Assembly: GCA_964236955.1 (NCBI GenBank)
Contig: CAXSGP010000070.1
Span: 1-21,434, forward strand
DNA: 21,434 nt
Direction: 5' to 3'
Source: an uncultured Oligoflexus sp.
GTDB taxonomy: Bacteria > Bdellovibrionota_B > Oligoflexia > Oligoflexales > Oligoflexaceae
Positions 17,888 to 21,434 of this stretch are shown here, piece after piece. The first letter of the stretch is position 1. Each line of letters starts with the position of its first letter. Position numbers and translations under genes: made by a program. Under the pieces are notes generated by a model. That model did not search any database. It was not told the origin of the DNA and saw only the letters and a list, made by a program, of their open reading frames with translations.

Positions 17888-18820
17888 ATGCATCCTACTG
17901 AAACCCATCAACTCGCCATTCAATTCACTGATTCCAAAGCTTCCGCCGTGCTGGAGTTTAAAGAAGACCTTAAGAATTGGTTGATCGGGGTCGGCGAAGA
18001 GGCCTTTGTGGAGGGCGCTCTGGATGATCTGTTTGAGGACCCAAGCTACGAAGTCACGGCGGATCAGCAGTTTTCTGAGCTGGGTGGCGGTTTGCAGCCC
18101 CTTTTTGTTTATAAATACGATCGTGAGCATCTGGAGCGATTGCGCGCGGAGCTTGAAAAGAATTTTGCAGGGCACCTCACCTGTGACATCTCCTCACTCA
18201 CGACCGAGAGCTGGATGGAAGGGTGGAAGGAAAGCTTCAAGCCGATCACGACCGAGCGTTTTTACCTCTATCCGCCATGGATTCAGGAAGACCAGCCTTG
18301 CGATCGCATCCCCATCGTGATTGAGCCGGGCATGGCCTTTGGCACGGGCCAGCATGCAACGACCGTTCTATGCATGGAGGCCATCGAAAAGTTCTACGAT
18401 AAAACCACCGGCCTTGATCGTTTCCTCGATGTTGGTACGGGTACCGGTATTTTAGCCATCGCTGCTAAAAAACTTGGCTATAAATTTGTCATGGGCACCG
18501 ACATCGACTCCGACGCCATCATCGCCTCCAAAGAAAATATCCTTCAAAATAACTGCAAAATGGAACTTATCCAGGGCAGTATTCCTGAAGATCAGGAACC
18601 CTTCAACCTGGTAGTGGCTAATATTATCTTTTTTGTCTTGAAGCAGATGATTGGAGATCTGGCGGCTCAGCTTAAATCGGGCTCTCTGCTCATCCTCTCG
18701 GGTCTCTTGGCCGAGGAAACACGCGAGATGGAGGTCTACGCCCGAAACGTCGGGCTTCGTCTCGACAGTGAAGCGACGCGTGATGATTGGGCTGCTCAGG
18801 TTTATAGGAAGCTAGGATGA
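17888..18820 (+). CDS. prmA: 50S ribosomal protein L11 methyltransferase
   Basis: IEPGMAFGTGQHATT, LDVGTGTGILAI, VVANI and LILSGL motifs; TAAGGAG RBS before ATG 17888. Confidence 0.95.
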   Translation: MHPTETHQLAIQFTDSKASAVLEFKEDLKNWLIGVGEEAFVEGALDDLFEDPSYEVTADQQFSELGGGLQPLFVYKYDREHLERLRAELEKNFAGHLTCDISSLTTESWMEGWKESFKPITTERFYLYPPWIQEDQPCDRIPIVIEPGMAFGTGQHATTVLCMEAIEKFYDKTTGLDRFLDVGTGTGILAIAAKKLGYKFVMGTDIDSDAIIASKENILQNNCKMELIQGSIPEDQEPFNLVVANIIFFVLKQMIGDLAAQLKSGSLLILSGLLAEETREMEVYARNVGLRLDSEATRDDWAAQVYRKLG

Positions 18821-19536
18821 AGCACCTCTTTCGCTTTCACGGGGTGAGGTCCGAGGCCGGCACATGGGAGCTTGTTGACGAGGAGTGGCATCACCTCCTT
18901 AAAGTCCTGCGTCTGCAAACGGGCGATCGCCTCGAGGTAAGTGATGGCAAGGGCTGGGTAGGCCTTGCGGCGCTTGACGGGCTGGCTAAGACTAAGGGCT
19001 CTCTCGTTTTGGAAAGCGAAACCTTTTATCCTAGAGCAGCACGGCATTCTGAGTTAACGTTAGGTCTGGGAATTTTAAAGCCTCAGGGCATCGATGAGGT
19101 TTTACCCGGGCTGGTGGAACTTGGTGTCAACCGTCTCGTACTCATCCCTTTCTTTGGCATGGATAAAGCGCGGGTCCATGACAAGCTCCTGGATCGGTGG
19201 CAACGGCAGATCGTCGCCGCGAGCAAGCAGGCGAAGGCTCCTTGGTTTCCTGACTTGCTGGTGATGAAAAGCTTCGATGCTTTTCTCCAGGCGAGCGGTG
19301 ACTACCCACGGCGCTATCTTCTTGATCCTGAGGGTGATCCTCGGGCACTGGAGGCCTCGGCTGAAGGTCCGGTGCTGGCGGTGATCGGTAGCGAGGCGGG
19401 CTGGAACAGTTCCGAGCTTGAACGCCTGATCGCGAATGGCTTTCGGAAGCTAAGGCTCAAATCTAATATTCTGCGAGCGACGACCGCGGTCCTTGCTACC
19501 GCCGCCATACTCAGACAAAACATGAACGAAAATTGA
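18817..19536 (+). CDS. rsmE: 16S rRNA m3U1498 methyltransferase
   Basis: HHLLKVLRL, ELGV, IGSEAG and ILRA.TA motifs; ATGA coupling to prmA, the usual gene order. Confidence 0.88.
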   Translation: MKHLFRFHGVRSEAGTWELVDEEWHHLLKVLRLQTGDRLEVSDGKGWVGLAALDGLAKTKGSLVLESETFYPRAARHSELTLGLGILKPQGIDEVLPGLVELGVNRLVLIPFFGMDKARVHDKLLDRWQRQIVAASKQAKAPWFPDLLVMKSFDAFLQASGDYPRRYLLDPEGDPRALEASAEGPVLAVIGSEAGWNSSELERLIANGFRKLRLKSNILRATTAVLATAAILRQNMNEN

Positions 19537-19610
19537 TTCGCCTCTCAAATCTACAGTTCTCCTCTGGCGGATCCATGTTAGAATGTGGCAAAGAATCCGA
19601 GGAAAGAACT

Positions 19611-20216
19611 ATGAAACCTGCTGGCAGACGTCGTGGATTTAAATCCTGGTTTGTAGAACCGTATCGGCAAGTCAAGCTTGGCCTGCTCTTCCTTATTCTC
19701 AATCTTGCCTTTGCCGGGTTGATGTTTGGCATTTTTGGCTATTACATTTGGGATATCTATCAAACCCTGGCGGTGTATTTCAAACTCACCAGTGACCAGA
19801 GTTCAGAGATTCTTCTCAAATTCCAGGCGCCAGTGGTAGCGGGAGCCGTGCTTATATTTGCCTTTGTGGCCATTTCTATCATGGTGGCAGTGCGCTATAC
19901 CCATCAGATCTATGGACCGCTGGTTTCGATCCATCGCTTCCTCGATGAGTATCTAGAAGGCATCACAGTGACACCACTCGCTTTGCGTGAGTCGGATCAG
20001 CTTAAGGAACTGGCTGAGAAGCTTAATCAGCTCCTTGAGCTGCAGCCCAACGAAAAGCGTCAGCCAAATTTGCGGCCAATTTACGCCTATTTGGATGAAT
20101 TGTTGGAAGGCCGACGGCCCAAGCCCATCCACGCTCGGGAAAGTGATGCATTTTTTAGTCTCGTCGAACGGCTCAATCGACTGGCGGAAAATATTAACAT
20201 GAAAAAAACGAGCTGA
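19611..20216 (+). CDS. 2TM membrane protein with tandem HAMP-like repeats and no output domain
   Basis: Two TM helices, then THQIYGPL...LRESDQL.EL...LN and a second copy of that unit; GAGG RBS before ATG 19611. Confidence 0.75.
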   Translation: MKPAGRRRGFKSWFVEPYRQVKLGLLFLILNLAFAGLMFGIFGYYIWDIYQTLAVYFKLTSDQSSEILLKFQAPVVAGAVLIFAFVAISIMVAVRYTHQIYGPLVSIHRFLDEYLEGITVTPLALRESDQLKELAEKLNQLLELQPNEKRQPNLRPIYAYLDELLEGRRPKPIHARESDAFFSLVERLNRLAENINMKKTS

Positions 20217-20261
20217 ATTCCAGGTTTTTCGTGGCCTTTTGCATAATAGGCGGTTCTTTGG

Positions 20262-20290
20262 TTGACATCTCTGGAGCCAGCGCATATAAC
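20262..20290 (+). promoter_or_regulatory. sigma-70 promoter of tRNA-fMet
   Basis: TTGACA (20262-20267), 17-nt spacer, TATAAC (20285-20290). Confidence 0.85.
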
Positions 20291-20307
20291 ACTGATCTCA
20301 GACGTAC

Positions 20308-20381
20308 CGCGGGGTGGAGAAGCTTGGTATCTCGTCGGGCTCATAACCCGAAGGCCGCAGGTTCAAATCCTGCCCCCGCTA
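20308..20381 (+). tRNA. Initiator tRNA-fMet (CAT)
   Basis: Acceptor stem CGCGGGG/CCCCGCT with unpaired C1. Anticodon arm TCGGG-CTCATAA-CCCGA with 3 consecutive G-C pairs. T-loop GGTTCAAATCC. CCA is not encoded. Confidence 0.97.
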
Positions 20382-20402
20382 CTTTTTTCTTACGGACTGA
20401 AT

Positions 20403-20444
20403 ACGAAAAAGCCTCGATGCAGATATGCTTCGGGGCTTTTTCGT
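20403..20444. terminator. Bidirectional intrinsic terminator after the tRNA
   Basis: Inverted repeat ACGAAAAAGCCTCGA...TCGGGGCTTTTTCGT between the convergent tRNA and DUF4209 gene. Confidence 0.85.
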
Positions 20445-20504
20445 GTTTGGAGATGCGAGTCTGCTCTCGGAGGTTCTGTTCTAAGCGATTCGATGTCCCA
20501 TTTG

Positions 20505-21434
20505 TTATTCAATCTTATCGGGTGGCATAATTGAAATTAGCAATATTGCGTGGAACAGGCGGTCTGCCGTGTATGAATTGAAACTTTCGGGATGCATAAG
20601 ACCATGAGCCACTCGATTTCTAAAATTGTCGCCTCTCTTGTCAGTAAGAAGCGATTGTAGGTAGGTCGTGGCATCACGCCCGTATACTTCCTGAAAGTTA
20701 ATATCGAGAAAGGTTTTGCCAAGGGTTATTTCCTCGACTGATCCCCCATATCCGCCGTTTTTTTTGGCCGCAGTAGGCTCACCAATGTAGGCCAGCAATC
20801 TCCTGACAAAGTGTTCGATCTGAGGGATAAATATATGGATAGCATGCAAAAAATCACCTTTAAAATAGTCATCTAAGGCAATCTTGAGGACATTTTTTCT
20901 ATCCAAGTCGAAGATCGGCGTATTGACTAGATATTTTAATGACTTTTCGGAATCTAAGTTGTGTTTTTCAATTAATCGGCTTATCGACCCACGCAATAGA
21001 ATTGCGTCGAATCCATTTTTTTGAGCGATCTGATGCATGAGTTTACCTTGCTCATCGCCAGCGGGAATTATCGCAACAAGTTTACCGTTTCCATAAAGTT
21101 GCTGTGTGAATAAGCTGAGTAGTGGAGCCTATTTTTTCAGTATTGAAATGTTTTTTTGAATATCCTCGACCGAAGTGCAAAACTTCGATGCGATTAATGT
21201 TAGCCCTTGTTCAATCGATTCACCTGACACAGCATCGAAGAATTTTTTCATCTTATCGATGTCGATATCGATTGAAGTGCTCACCTGACTCTTGTGATCA
21301 TGTGCATCTCTGGCTAGCTCACTAATTCGAATGCGGACGCGCTTCGCATTGTTTAAGTCTCCCGATTTTTCATAGAGCTCGAGCGCGGATTCCAGCCACC
21401 CCATTCCAACCATTGGTTCCCCTTGGGCAGCAAC
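20505..21434 (-). pseudogene. DUF4209-domain (HEPN-like) protein interrupted by a single in-frame TAG; 5' end lies outside the window
   Basis: ORFs 21129-21413 and 20505-21038 share one frame. The 30 intervening codons are open (APLLSLFTQQLYGNGKLVAIIPAGDEQGKL). The C-terminus has IPQIEHFVR and GDNFRNRVAHG. The frame is open to the window edge. Confidence 0.75.

Noticed and set aside
20231..20534. ORFs spanning the tRNA
   Set aside because: They overlap the tRNA, its promoter and its terminator, so they are spurious.
1..21434. CRISPR array, genome-wide TAG recoding, integron
   Set aside because: No regularly spaced repeats, attC sites or integrase were seen, and TAG ends conserved genes at their normal positions.

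Overview
Bacterial chromosomal window, about 50% GC in the core with more AT-rich flanks. The gene content resembles Bdellovibrionota/Oligoflexia or another delta-type lineage (inference only). Left to right: an orphan trypsin-protease C-terminal fragment, a GNAT acetyltransferase, a Tat-lipoprotein flavin amine oxidase, a decayed IS607 tnpA, a small membrane protein, a compact Omp85/TamA-like protein, a membrane-anchored DUF5679-like Zn protein and fabH. Next is a three-gene envelope operon (TatT/BstC-like helical periplasmic protein, COG4313/SphA-like beta-barrel, large Cys-rich lipoprotein), divergent from an OmpR/CusRS-type two-component pair. Then come yihY/brkB, an RdgC-like protein, a standalone Smr protein, a TM-TPR-like protein, prmA, rsmE, a 2TM tandem-HAMP protein and initiator tRNA-fMet. 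The window ends in a DUF4209/HEPN-type gene split by one in-frame TAG. The two best candidates for something new are the putative lipid/hydrophobe trafficking operon upstream of fabH and the TAG-interrupted HEPN gene beside the tRNA. All family calls come from motifs recognised by eye; no searches were run.
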